From Opitutales bacterium (GTDB lineage: Bacteria; Verrucomicrobiota; Verrucomicrobiia; Opitutales; UBA2987): DNA of 64,000 bases. Below the pieces are notes generated by a model. It did no database searches, was not told the DNA's origin, and worked only from the letters and a program-made list of their open reading frames with translations. The position numbers were made by a program, and so were the translations under genes. The stretch spans positions 14,572-78,571 of the forward strand of contig CBDDCJ010000012.1 in the NCBI GenBank assembly GCA_965226205.1, in the 5' to 3' direction. This document shows positions 30,142 through 40,052 of this stretch, one piece after another. Position 1 is the first letter of the stretch; each line of letters begins with the position of its first letter.

Positions 30142-30291
30142 GGCGAATTCCCTGTATCGTGAATCTTGAGCTGCTGCTTATCCACCCATAACGATATGGC
30201 CAACCTGCGGTATGAAAAACCAGGCCATTGACATATTCTTCGTAAATGAGTTCAGGCTGCAAAAATTAAGAAATGTGATTTTTTTTATTCA

Positions 30292-30326
30292 TTATGATTG
30301 ATTTTATGATTTTTATCAGTCATAAT
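30292..30326 (+). promoter_or_regulatory. Putative hicAB promoter with overlapping inverted-repeat operator
   Basis: TTGATT(30298-30303)-17 nt-CATAAT(30321-30326); arms ttatgattgat / atcagtcataa (11 bp, 1 mismatch). Confidence 0.6.
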
Positions 30327-30337
30327 TTAATATATAA

Positions 30338-30583
30338 ATGGGCAAGCCCGACAAAACAAAGGCTCGTATCCTTTCCGGCAGGCATGACAGAAATATCCGG
30401 TTTGATGATGTCGTTTCTCTCTTGCTCAGCATCGGGTTGACTTACAGAATCAGGGGCAGTCATCATATATTTACCCGAAAAGGCGTTCCCGGTAAACTCA
30501 ACTTGCAACCAAAAAAAGACGGAGCCTGCAAACCCTTTCAAATCAAACAAGTACGCCAATACCTAGAATCCCTGGAAAAATGA
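30338..30583 (+). CDS. hicA: HicA-family toxin
   Basis: 81 aa basic protein with NIRFDD...RIRGSHHIF...NLQP...KPFQIKQV. Confidence 0.88.
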   Translation: MGKPDKTKARILSGRHDRNIRFDDVVSLLLSIGLTYRIRGSHHIFTRKGVPGKLNLQPKKDGACKPFQIKQVRQYLESLEK

Positions 30584-31101
30584 CCCAACATTTTAAAGAT
30601 TATTCTATCCACCTCGCTTGGAGTGATGACGACGAAGCCTGGATCGCCAACATCCCGGACGTTCACTTCTGCGCCGCCGATGGCCAGACTCCCCAAAAAG
30701 CTCTCTCCGCACTGGAAGAAACTTTCGAAGTGTTACGTGGCGTATATGATGAAGATGATGAACCATTTCCCGAACCGGCGCAGCACCCGCTTCCTACTTC
30801 TCAATCTCTGCGGGCTGCTTCACAATACCTGAAAATCTCTCGTGTCGCGGAAGCGGTTGGATTAAATCCTCATACAATTCAAACCAAATTGAAACGAGGC
30901 ACTCCATTGAAAGAAGATGAGGCCAAACTTATCAGAGATCAAATAAATAAAGTCGTAGCCTCTGCGATGGCAGAAAACCCCGACGATAAACACACTTTAG
31001 TCTATGCAGACATGGGAGAAAAAAGCGGATATACCTTGATTAAAAGAGGTCCTAAAAAAGAAATCAGGGCGGTTCCGGTCAAAGCTGCGGACATATTATA
31101 A
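30580..31101 (+). CDS. hicB: HicB-family antitoxin with extended C-terminus
   Basis: WSDDDEAWIANIPDV...ADGQTPQKAL...PFPEP N-domain; ATGA overlap with hicA; HTH-like segment ISRVAEAVGLNPHTIQTKL. Confidence 0.8.
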   Translation: MTQHFKDYSIHLAWSDDDEAWIANIPDVHFCAADGQTPQKALSALEETFEVLRGVYDEDDEPFPEPAQHPLPTSQSLRAASQYLKISRVAEAVGLNPHTIQTKLKRGTPLKEDEAKLIRDQINKVVASAMAENPDDKHTLVYADMGEKSGYTLIKRGPKKEIRAVPVKAADIL

Positions 31102-31237
31102 AAGTTTTATTTTGACACTTTTTGATAGAGGGATTTTTCAGGTCGCGCGGAAATCCTTTGAGGTGAGCCCATAGAGGTATTGACTTTGCACATAATGCAC
31201 ATAATATGTGCAGCGTTGGCAGCAAACATTCAAAAGA

Positions 31238-31540
31238 CCCTGAAAGGGTGACATTCGCCAGCCAGGGGTGCAACCCCTGGACACCCGGGCCCATGTATTA
31301 TTATTAAAACCCTGAATGGGTTTCATTCTTTATCTTATAGGTTGGAAATTGCCGCCATACCTCAATCGCCGCTCATTTCATCTTCGGCACGAAAATCCGG
31401 TAACCTGTCGAACACAACAATAGATATGTCAGATTTTTTAATGTAAGGAATAGCACACTTTCAGCGTGCAATATAAGGTGTGTTGGGAATCTGCCCGGGT
31501 TGCACCCGGGGCTATCGAATAGAACACTTTCAGTGTGCAT
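31238..31540. mobile_element. Degenerate REP/RAYT (IS200/IS605-like) non-autonomous element
   Basis: Two oppositely oriented triple-hairpin units flank a relic reading (I)PQS..AHFIFGTKIR*P-VEHNNRYV. Confidence 0.6.
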
Positions 31541-31706
31541 AGCCACATCATGAACTTGATCATTCCTCGTCGCTTGCGGCAGGAAGTAGCATTTTAAAGG
31601 CATCGGGTTCATTTTCTAAACGTCGGGAATCGGTGTTACTGCCTTAACCGAACTTAACTAAATTTACGCTAGACAGATACCGAGTAGGTTGCGCTATTTT
31701 CCAACC

Positions 31707-32453
31707 CTACTCCCAGATGCGGCCCGCTTCCCCGGCTTTAATCCAGCCGGATTTATCGTTATGGTTGTCGATAAAGATGTGAGACTGGTGCTCTTGCTCA
31801 ATCGTGATAATTTCACCGGCCTGGAGGTAGCCATACTCATTGCTTTGCGGCGAGGGGGCCACCCGCAGCGGTGTGTCATCCAGCAATATTACGGCGTCTT
31901 TGCTAATTTTATGATAACCCGCGAGGGCAATCCCGGAGGCGGCCGTAACGAGAATCGCGCCGCATAACAACAGCCGGGGCAATGCCCGCGATCCACCGTA
32001 AAGCCGGGGCAGCAGCAGCAACGCCAGAGATACCCAAAACCCAATGGCGCCCAGCCAACCCCAAATATTGACGGGCAGCTTTTTGCCCAACCGGGTGGCC
32101 AATCCGTAGGAAGGCGCGGGTAGTTCGGCCGCCTCGCGCACGAAACTCAGGTTGGCCGCCGCATCCGGATTGGCGGGTTCGATGGCCAGCGATTTTTCAT
32201 AGTGCAAGACAGCCCGGCCGATATCGCCCAATTCATAATAAGCATTGGCCAAATTGTAGTGCAAGGCGGCGGATTCAGCCAATTGCAGGCATTGCCCGTA
32301 GAGTTCGATGGCTGCCCCAAAGTCCTCCCGGCTATAAGCTTCGTTCGCCTGACTGAAAAGGCGATCCGGCCCAAGCCCCTCCTGCCCGCATACCCCCGGC
32401 AGGCAAATAGCGAACAAGGTCGCGCCTATAATAAAATTTCGTGGCAATCTCAT
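31707..32453 (-). CDS. BatE-like TPR/SH3 protein
   Basis: Signal peptide, TPR (LHYNLANAYY...GRAVLHYEKSL), two TMs, C-terminal SH3-like SGWI. Confidence 0.8.
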   Translation of the reverse strand: MRLPRNFIIGATLFAICLPGVCGQEGLGPDRLFSQANEAYSREDFGAAIELYGQCLQLAESAALHYNLANAYYELGDIGRAVLHYEKSLAIEPANPDAAANLSFVREAAELPAPSYGLATRLGKKLPVNIWGWLGAIGFWVSLALLLLPRLYGGSRALPRLLLCGAILVTAASGIALAGYHKISKDAVILLDDTPLRVAPSPQSNEYGYLQAGEIITIEQEHQSHIFIDNHNDKSGWIKAGEAGRIWE

Positions 32454-34255
32454 TTCACGCCGGTTAGTTGACTGACGAGTTTTGCCAACGATTTTTCCCT
32501 CTCTTTAAGGGAGGGCGAATCGGCTGCGGCGCCTGCAAATTTCAAGGCGTCGGCCGTTTGAAAAAATTGCCCCACCTCCCCCGCCAACTCACTTTCCACC
32601 TCTTTCGAATCCAGGAATTCGAGGATTTCCGACTGCGTCAAGGTATCGGGGCTCTGTTTGAAATGGCGGCTGAGGCTCTCCTGGATGGAACGCTGGGCGG
32701 CCGCGAAGAAAGCCTCCGCATCGTCGGAAGAAGCAGCTTTTTTCGACTTCGCAAGCCACCTGCGCATGGATTTTCCGGCCCGTAAATTGCGCGCGTAATG
32801 AAAGTCTTCCCGCAGCCGGAGCTGCCTTTTGCGAATGTAGATAAAACCCGACAAAAAAATCAACGGGCCCGCCTGCCAGCCTAAAAACTGCGGCCTTAGA
32901 AATACCGGCCGCAGGGTGGCCACCCAGTTTCCCGGAAACAATTCAATGGGCAGCAAGGTTTTTTCCCGGAATCTCTCATTCGATTCGGCCTTGATGGCCG
33001 TAATGGTGGCCGTTCCCACCGGAGCCGGATTCACCGTTATGCTCACGGCGGGAATGGCCATTTCGGCATAACTTTCAAGTTCGGGATCAAAATAACTGAA
33101 ATGGATTTCCGGTGTTTGTTCAATACCCTCATGCTGGGGGATGAGCACATATTCGAACGTTTTCGATCCGCGGAAATTCAAGGAATCCCGGGGGGAAAAC
33201 TCAGCTTTGGGGGTGTAAGTTTTCCAACTTTGCCCCACCTCGATCTCAGGGGCCTGGATGCGCTCGAAATTGCCCTGCCCGGATATTTTCAATGTCAACG
33301 TTAACGGGTCGCCGGCATTCATCTCCTCAGCCGAAAGGCTCTGGGTAGCCTTGAACTTGCCAAGGGCCCCGGAAAAACTCTCCGGCTGGCCCTCCTCCGG
33401 CAGGGGCAGGATATCGAGCGTAATTTCCCGCGTGGTCACGTTCAACTGCTGCCTCTGGCTGCGCGGGTTGAAAAAACTGTCGAAAAAGTCATTGCGGGAA
33501 GAGCGGGACGGGCGGGCGGTCCGGGGCACGGTGATTTCGACCACCATTTGATATTCGATAGTCTGAGGCCCCGATTTGAGGGGAATGAAGGTCACCGGCC
33601 AGCCAACTTTGTTGTAATTGAGATCCTTGATTCTTTCCCCGCTCTGGACTCCTTTTTCATCTACAGCGCCCTGGGCAAAGGCATCGCCCAACTGTGTCGG
33701 CGGAGTATTGCGCGAACCGGAAAAAGCCGTCAGCACATATAAATTAAGGACGCATCGGGCCACCTGCCCGACATAGATGGGCGATTCCGGGCAAACCAGC
33801 TTGAGAAAGGCCGCCTCCTCCAAAGTAACCTGCGTTTTGCCGTCGGGCGGAAGCACGGTGAGGGTGGCGGCGGGCACACTATAGGTTTTCCCCTCTAGCT
33901 TGAGCGAATAGGCGGGCACTTTATAAGTTCCCGTCGCCTGAACCTTGGCTTGAAAAGTAAATGAAGTCTGCACCCTGGTTTCAAATTTATCGTTGGCATA
34001 AATGCTCTGCGAACTCTGGGACGGACCCAGGTAAGTTAATTCCAGCCCGGCCGGCACCGGCGGTTTGAATGTGCGGCTGGATTTCACCGCCAAGGTGACC
34101 ACATACTGGGCGTTTTGACCCAGGGTGATACTGGCGGGATTGAACTGGCTGACCGGCCTGGACTGTTGAGCGGCGGCGACCTGACAAAATGCCGTAAAAC
34201 ATACCGCCCATATCAGGTGGAGAATGGGACTTGTTTTGAAAAACTTCATCACCAA
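32450..34255 (-). CDS. BatD-family protein
   Basis: Signal peptide, Ig-like repeats, LPLPEEGQPESFSGALG, FSYFDP, C-terminal TM; position in the bat cluster. Confidence 0.85.
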   Translation of the reverse strand: MVMKFFKTSPILHLIWAVCFTAFCQVAAAQQSRPVSQFNPASITLGQNAQYVVTLAVKSSRTFKPPVPAGLELTYLGPSQSSQSIYANDKFETRVQTSFTFQAKVQATGTYKVPAYSLKLEGKTYSVPAATLTVLPPDGKTQVTLEEAAFLKLVCPESPIYVGQVARCVLNLYVLTAFSGSRNTPPTQLGDAFAQGAVDEKGVQSGERIKDLNYNKVGWPVTFIPLKSGPQTIEYQMVVEITVPRTARPSRSSRNDFFDSFFNPRSQRQQLNVTTREITLDILPLPEEGQPESFSGALGKFKATQSLSAEEMNAGDPLTLTLKISGQGNFERIQAPEIEVGQSWKTYTPKAEFSPRDSLNFRGSKTFEYVLIPQHEGIEQTPEIHFSYFDPELESYAEMAIPAVSITVNPAPVGTATITAIKAESNERFREKTLLPIELFPGNWVATLRPVFLRPQFLGWQAGPLIFLSGFIYIRKRQLRLREDFHYARNLRAGKSMRRWLAKSKKAASSDDAEAFFAAAQRSIQESLSRHFKQSPDTLTQSEILEFLDSKEVESELAGEVGQFFQTADALKFAGAAADSPSLKEREKSLAKLVSQLTGVK

Positions 34256-36120
34256 TCGCGGAAGGGGGCTTCCCGCTCCTTCCTGTCCGCCTTTTCAAAT
34301 TGAATGACGGGGAGCTTCTTTTCATCATTTCTCATCGCTTCGAGCAATTGTCTGGCTTCTTCGCGGCTCATTCGACCGGCAGCGGCCTGGGCCTGTTCCG
34401 GGTCGGCCTCTTTTTTTTCGTCGCCCTCTGAGGCCTGCGGCTGTTGCTGCTGCCCTTGCTTCTCATCTTCTTTTTCTTCTCCTTTTTGCTCGTCTCCCTG
34501 CTGTTTTTCTCCTTCCTGCTCCTGGTTTTCTCCGTCCTGCTTCTGTTGGTCCTTGTCCTGATTTTGCTCCTGGTCCTGATTCTCCTGCTGGTCCTGGTCC
34601 TGGTCCTGGTCCTGTTGCTGCTGTTGTTCTTGCTGTTGCTGTTTCAATTCCTCGATCCTCTTTTTCAACAGTTCGTAGTTAAACTGGGCGTCCTCATCCT
34701 CGGGATCGATATTGAGGCTGTTTTCGTATTCGGTTAGTCCTCCCTCCCAGATTTCAATGGTTTGCACAGGATCGATGGGCAATGTCGATTCGCCCAGCCG
34801 GTAGAGGGTGTTGCCCAGGTTGTAGTAGGTTTCCTTTTGCAAAATCGGGTCTTCCGTTTGCAGGGCATTGCGCAAGGTGTCCTCGGCATCTTCAAAATGT
34901 CCCAACCGGTATTGGGTGGCGCCCAAATTGTATTGTATTCGCGGATCGTCGGGGGAGTCCTCGGCGGCATTGGAATATTCCTGGCCGGCTTTGTCGAATT
35001 CTCCTTCCTCATAATACTTTTCCCCTTTGCCGGTAGAAGCCCGCAAATCGACCTCCACAATCGTCAAAGCGGCCAGCGCCAGCCCCGCCGTCCAACGCAA
35101 TGGAAGGGGCGAATAAGAGACTTTTCGCTTTCGTGTGCCCAGAAAAGTCTCCGCCATGAGAAAGAGCACGGCCAGGCCCAGCGGCCATTGAAACCGCTCA
35201 TGGGGTATTTGCTGCAAACGCGCCTCCCTTTCCTCCTTGGGTATCGATTGCAGACTCTCGGTATAAACCTGTTCCAACCCCTGCCCGGTGCTGCCCAGCC
35301 GCGTGTAAAACGCATCCGTGGCCTCGACTATGGCCACCAGGGTTCTCTCGTCCAGACGGGTTTTTACGATATTGCCCTGTTCATCGCGTAAAAAATCGAC
35401 GCCTCCATCTTCACCGCGAACGGGAATCAGCTCTCCAGCCAGACTGCCCACGCCGACGGTGTAGATTTTAACTCCCTCCCCGGCCGCCCGCCGGGCTTGT
35501 TCGAGGCCCGCCTCCTGTAAGTCCTCACCATCCGTAATGAGCACCAGAATCTTGAAGTTGTCTTTTTCGGCAAAGGAAACCTGGGCTTCGGCAATGGCCG
35601 CCGCGATGTTGGTCCCCCCCCTCGAGATGATGCTGGTGTCCACCGTTTCCAGAGTTTGGCGAAAGGCGTCGTAATCCAGCGTCAAGGGGCATTGCAAAAA
35701 GGCGCTGCCGGAAAAAGCGATGAGGCCGAGCCGGTCCCCATCGGCCCGTTCGGCCAGATCGAGAATAGCAAGCTTGGCCCGCTCCAGACGGTTGGGCCGG
35801 ATATCCTCGGCCAACATGCTTTTGGAGGTGTCCAGGGCGATGAGGATATCGATCCCCTTGCCCTTGGTCTCCTGCCAAACATAGCCCCACTGCGGCCTGG
35901 CCAAAGCTAGAAGGATGAGAAAAATTCCCGCAACGCTCAAAGTGGCCTTTATATTGCGTTTCACGGGACTGAACGAAGAAGCCAGATCCAACAACAGCTT
36001 GGCGGCGGCGAAATGGGCCAGTTTCCTCGTTTTATTCTTTTCCGACCGGTAATAAAGAAAAGCCAAAGCGGGCAGGGCCAGCAATCCGAGGATCATCCAG
36101 AAATGGGAGGCTAAGGTCAT
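34249..36120 (-). CDS. BatB/BatC-like fusion (VWA + TPR + Q/E-rich tail)
   Basis: ALARPQWG, DTSKSM MIDAS, ITDGED, TPR repeats, Q/D/E-rich tail; likely start MTLASHFW at 36120. Confidence 0.85.
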   Translation of the reverse strand: MTLASHFWMILGLLALPALAFLYYRSEKNKTRKLAHFAAAKLLLDLASSFSPVKRNIKATLSVAGIFLILLALARPQWGYVWQETKGKGIDILIALDTSKSMLAEDIRPNRLERAKLAILDLAERADGDRLGLIAFSGSAFLQCPLTLDYDAFRQTLETVDTSIISRGGTNIAAAIAEAQVSFAEKDNFKILVLITDGEDLQEAGLEQARRAAGEGVKIYTVGVGSLAGELIPVRGEDGGVDFLRDEQGNIVKTRLDERTLVAIVEATDAFYTRLGSTGQGLEQVYTESLQSIPKEEREARLQQIPHERFQWPLGLAVLFLMAETFLGTRKRKVSYSPLPLRWTAGLALAALTIVEVDLRASTGKGEKYYEEGEFDKAGQEYSNAAEDSPDDPRIQYNLGATQYRLGHFEDAEDTLRNALQTEDPILQKETYYNLGNTLYRLGESTLPIDPVQTIEIWEGGLTEYENSLNIDPEDEDAQFNYELLKKRIEELKQQQQEQQQQQDQDQDQDQQENQDQEQNQDKDQQKQDGENQEQEGEKQQGDEQKGEEKEDEKQGQQQQPQASEGDEKKEADPEQAQAAAGRMSREEARQLLEAMRNDEKKLPVIQFEKADRKEREAPFRDW

Positions 36121-36121
36121 C

Positions 36122-37153
36122 TTAGGGCAGTCTTCGGTAGCGGGTTTGGCCCAGCAGCAACTCGGCCAGGAGGATGCCCAGCCCAGCCAGAGCCGGCCAT
36201 TTAAACATATCCGTAAAAGCGGCCAGGTATTTGATTTTAATCTCCGATTTTTCCAGCCGGTCGATCTCTTCGTAAATATCTTCCAAGGTTTCCAAATCCG
36301 TGGCCCGGAAATAGCGCGCCCCGGTCGTTTCGGCGATATTTTGCAGCGATTCGGCATCTATATCGGATAGGCCGGGCCGCAGAACGATCCTGCCCCGCCG
36401 GTCCCGCACCGGGTTGCCCTCGCCGTCAAGACGGATCGGAAAGGGAACCTCGCCCTCTTTGCCCACCCCGATGGTATAGGCTTTAATGCCGTAGGCGGCG
36501 GCCGCTTCGGCGGCGGCCGCGGGGCTTATTTTCCCGCGGTTGTTGGCCCCGTCCGTAAGCAGGATGAGGATGCGGCTTTTCGCTTTTTGAGCCCGCAAAC
36601 GATTCACGCTTATGCCGATGGCCGAGCCGATGGCCGTTCCATCCTCGATCATCCCAATCTTGAGCCGCTCCAGGTTTTGCAGGAGCCATTCGTGGTTCAA
36701 GGTTAGCGGACTGACCAAATAAGGAGCCCCGGCGAAAGCGACCACCCCGATCCGGTCATGGGGTCTTTTTTCGATAAAATCCTCCATCACGTTTTTAACC
36801 ACAGTCAGCCGATCAACCGGCTTGCCCTTGATTTTGAAATCGTGAGCCCACATCGAGGTGGAAAGATCCACGGCCAAAACGATGTCGATGCCGCTTTCCT
36901 CGATTTCGTTGGTTGAACTGTTGCCCATCTGCGGCCGCGCCAGGGCCAGTATCAAAAGGCTCAGGGCGACCAGCCGCATATTTACGAGGAACTTCCCCGG
37001 GCGGCTGCGCACGAAGGCGGAAATCTGACGGGCCAGGGCCGTGGCGGGGAAACGTATGGACGCGGCGCTGCCCCGGCGGCCCTTGAGCAGCGCCAACAGT
37101 GGAACAAAAAGCAGGAGCCAGAGAAATTCGGGAGATTCAAATCGGTAAATCAT
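36122..37153 (-). CDS. BatA-like VWA domain protein
   Basis: ALARPQ, DLSTSM MIDAS, GTAIGSAI, LLTDGANN. Confidence 0.88.
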   Translation of the reverse strand: MIYRFESPEFLWLLLFVPLLALLKGRRGSAASIRFPATALARQISAFVRSRPGKFLVNMRLVALSLLILALARPQMGNSSTNEIEESGIDIVLAVDLSTSMWAHDFKIKGKPVDRLTVVKNVMEDFIEKRPHDRIGVVAFAGAPYLVSPLTLNHEWLLQNLERLKIGMIEDGTAIGSAIGISVNRLRAQKAKSRILILLTDGANNRGKISPAAAAEAAAAYGIKAYTIGVGKEGEVPFPIRLDGEGNPVRDRRGRIVLRPGLSDIDAESLQNIAETTGARYFRATDLETLEDIYEEIDRLEKSEIKIKYLAAFTDMFKWPALAGLGILLAELLLGQTRYRRLP

Positions 37154-37159
37154 ATTATA

Positions 37160-37945
37160 TCATGACTCGGCCATAACGGCTTCCTTTTCGGTCTCTGCCG
37201 GTTTTGGCTCTCCCATGGGCGCGCCTCTTTTTTCGGCTTCAGCCAGGAGCCGCAGGCGCATTTTATGTTTCACGTAGGTTTCTTCAACCAGCTTGCGGCC
37301 CGTTCCCAAAAGGTCCTCCATCCCGGTCAGGCCCAGCGGAAAACGGGCAAATTTGGCCAGGTCGCACATTTGCAAAAAACGGGAAAAATTATCCGCCAGG
37401 GGGCCTTTGATCAGCGGATGGTCATGGATGTCGTGGAGAAACTCCTCAGTAGTGCTCTCCGGCGCGGGCATATCGAATTGACGTTCCAGAAAATAGCGGA
37501 CAGCATCGGAAACCGCGATGGAAAACGCTTTGTCCTGTCCCGATTTCATCAAGTTTCGGGTGGCCTCAAGCTCCTGCAAAGCCTGCTCATAAGGGCTGAT
37601 CGGGATCGGCTCCGATTTTTGACGCAGCTTGCGCGCAATCAGGCGAACGAGAAAAATCAGCAGGCCCAAACCCGCCAGAACCCCAATGGCAATGAGTAAA
37701 GGCATCCAGGGATTGGGAATGGAAACCAGGCCGTGAATATCGCGAATGTCCTCCAACGCTTCCCCTCCCCCCGGTCCCGGAGCAGCTGGCGGCGGAGGAG
37801 AAGACTGGGCGGGATCGTCGTCCAACGGCGGCGGCAGCAAATCCAGGGGCAGGTTGGTTTGCCCTACTGAGACCGTTGCCGCAATCAAGAGAAACCACAG
37901 AACGGTACTCAGATTATTGGGATAATTAAAAGATCGGCGCATCAT
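37160..37945 (-). CDS. DUF4381-like membrane protein of the bat cluster
   Basis: DIRDIHG followed by TM; ESTTEEFL and DLAKFA motifs. Confidence 0.7.
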   Translation of the reverse strand: MMRRSFNYPNNLSTVLWFLLIAATVSVGQTNLPLDLLPPPLDDDPAQSSPPPPAAPGPGGGEALEDIRDIHGLVSIPNPWMPLLIAIGVLAGLGLLIFLVRLIARKLRQKSEPIPISPYEQALQELEATRNLMKSGQDKAFSIAVSDAVRYFLERQFDMPAPESTTEEFLHDIHDHPLIKGPLADNFSRFLQMCDLAKFARFPLGLTGMEDLLGTGRKLVEETYVKHKMRLRLLAEAEKRGAPMGEPKPAETEKEAVMAES

Positions 37946-38874
37946 CGGCGTCTCTCTCGTTTGATGAAAAATTCCCGCAAGGCCGTAATATAAGGCTCCG
38001 AAGTGGAAACGGAAAGGTGGTCCACCCCGCTCGAACGCAGCCCCCGCCGCAGCGATTCATGCCGCTTGGCGTTTTGATGTCGGTAGAGATCGCGCAATTG
38101 ACGGTTGGCCGTGTCGATTTCCACCATCTCACCGGTTTCGGCGTCTTCCAGCGTGACGATGCCCACATTGGGAAGCTCAAATTCGCGCGGATCGGAAAGA
38201 TCGATGCAAATGAGGTCGTGCCTTTTGCTGGTCAGTTCGATGGTTTTGTAAAGCTCGTCTTTTTTCCCCGTGGTGGGCCGGATCCAGGACAGGGATTCCT
38301 CCGTGATGAAGTCGGAGAGCAAAAAAGTGACGGCTCTACGCCGAAGGATTCTGTTGAGGTATCGCAAGGCCAGGGGAATATCCGTGCCCCGGTTTTGCGG
38401 CTCGTAAAAAAGAATATCGCGAATCACCCGCAGGACGTGCTGGCGGCCTTTTTTGGGAAAGATTACTTTTTCCACTTTGTCCGTGAACAGGAGGAGGCCC
38501 ACCTTGTCGTTGTTTCGGGTGGCTGAAAAAGCGAGCACACTGGCCAGCTCGGCCGCCAATTCGCGTTTGCTCTGATCGACCGAGCCGAAATCCCCGGAGG
38601 CGCTCAGATCGACGCACAACATGATGGTCAGCTCGCGCTCCTCCCGGTATTTTTTAACAAAAGGCCGGTCCATCTTGGCCGTTACGTTCCAGTCGATATT
38701 GCGCACATCATCTCCCGGCGCATATTCGCGAACCTCCTCGAAATCCATTCCCTGGCCCTTGAAAACGCTGTGGTAGGCGCCCACCATGGTGTCGGTCACA
38801 AAGCGCCGGCTGCGGATTTCCACCTGGCGCACCTTTTTCAGGATTTGTTTGGTGATTTCAGCAGTTTCTGACAT
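37942..38874 (-). CDS. DUF58 domain protein
   Basis: FKGQGMDFEEVREYAPGDDVRNIDWNVTA, VDLSASG, LSDF. Confidence 0.92.
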   Translation of the reverse strand: MSETAEITKQILKKVRQVEIRSRRFVTDTMVGAYHSVFKGQGMDFEEVREYAPGDDVRNIDWNVTAKMDRPFVKKYREERELTIMLCVDLSASGDFGSVDQSKRELAAELASVLAFSATRNNDKVGLLLFTDKVEKVIFPKKGRQHVLRVIRDILFYEPQNRGTDIPLALRYLNRILRRRAVTFLLSDFITEESLSWIRPTTGKKDELYKTIELTSKRHDLICIDLSDPREFELPNVGIVTLEDAETGEMVEIDTANRQLRDLYRHQNAKRHESLRRGLRSSGVDHLSVSTSEPYITALREFFIKRERRR

Positions 38875-38943
38875 GAAAACAGTTACCCTTGAGGCGAAAG
38901 GTTGAAACGCAAACAATAGATAAATCTAAAACCGCGGCCCGGA

Positions 38944-39936
38944 TTAGGGCACCGGAATTGTTTCAAAAATTTTAGTGACGATATCCTCACTGGTCATGTC
39001 CTCGGCCTCGGCCTCATAACTGATAATAATGCGGTGCCGCAGCACATCCATGCCAATGGTTTTAACATCGTTGGGCGTCACATATCCGCGCCCTTCCAGA
39101 AAAGCCTGCGCCTTGGCCGCCAGGGTCAGGTTGATGGTCGCCCGGGGAGAGGCCCCATACTGTATGAAATCGCGCAAATCGGCCAGGTTGTGCTCCTCCG
39201 GATAGCGCGATGCGAATACAATTTCGACAATGTAATCGCGCACTTTTTCATCGATGTAAATATCGTTGAGGACCTTGCGCGACTCCAGGATTTTGTCCGT
39301 CGTGACGACCGTGTTGACTGATAGATCGGGCGAAGTGGAGGCCATCGCATCGAGGATTTGGCGTTCCTCCTGACGGTTCGGATAGCCAATCTTGAGCTTC
39401 AGCATGAAGCGATCGACCTGGGCTTCCGGCAAAGGGTAGGTGCCCTCCTGATCGATCGGGTTCTCCGTCGCCATAACCAGGAACGGCTCGGGCAGCGGAT
39501 AAGTCGTATCGCTGATCGTCACCTGACGCTCCTGCATGCTTTCGAGCAAGGCGCTCTGCACTTTGGCCGGGGCCCGGTTGATTTCGTCGGCCAGGATCAG
39601 GTTGGCGAAAATAGGGCCCTTCCTGGTCGAAAAATCACCCTTCCGGGGATTGTAAATGAGCGTCCCGATGATGTCGGCGGGAAGCAGATCGGGGATGAAC
39701 TGGATGCGTTGAAAATGCGCGTCCAGAGCCGACGCCAAGGTACGGATGGACAATGTCTTGGCCAGCCCCGGCACACCCTCGAGGAGCACATGCCCATTGG
39801 CCACCAAGCCAATAATGAGGCGGTCCACCAAATATTTCTGGCCCACGATGACGCGGCTGATTTCCTGCCGCAGCAAAGGAACCCACTGCGAGGCCTCCTT
39901 CACACGGTCGTTGATTTCTGAGATATTCGCTTGCAT
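38944..39936 (-). CDS. moxR: MoxR-family AAA+ ATPase
   Basis: LLEGVPGLAKT, LADEINRAPAKVQSALLE, GTYPLPEAQVDRF, YGASPRA. Confidence 0.95.
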   Translation of the reverse strand: MQANISEINDRVKEASQWVPLLRQEISRVIVGQKYLVDRLIIGLVANGHVLLEGVPGLAKTLSIRTLASALDAHFQRIQFIPDLLPADIIGTLIYNPRKGDFSTRKGPIFANLILADEINRAPAKVQSALLESMQERQVTISDTTYPLPEPFLVMATENPIDQEGTYPLPEAQVDRFMLKLKIGYPNRQEERQILDAMASTSPDLSVNTVVTTDKILESRKVLNDIYIDEKVRDYIVEIVFASRYPEEHNLADLRDFIQYGASPRATINLTLAAKAQAFLEGRGYVTPNDVKTIGMDVLRHRIIISYEAEAEDMTSEDIVTKIFETIPVP

Positions 39937-40052
39937 TTAAGAAAAAGGTTTTTTCAGGTTCAAATAAAAGGCACGCTCTATAAAGGTGACAATTCAATTA
40001 AGGCAAGGTTTCATTTTCAACGACCGCCCCCCTCGCCTCCACAATCCAGCCC

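Noticed and set aside
34430-34650. Hexamer/trimer repeats (cctggt, ctg)
   Set aside because: They encode the ordinary Q/D/E-rich linker of BatC-like proteins
39680-39715. MoxR motif reads RIQFIPDL rather than the usual RIQFTPDL
   Set aside because: A single substitution that cannot be told apart from a neutral variant or a sequencing error
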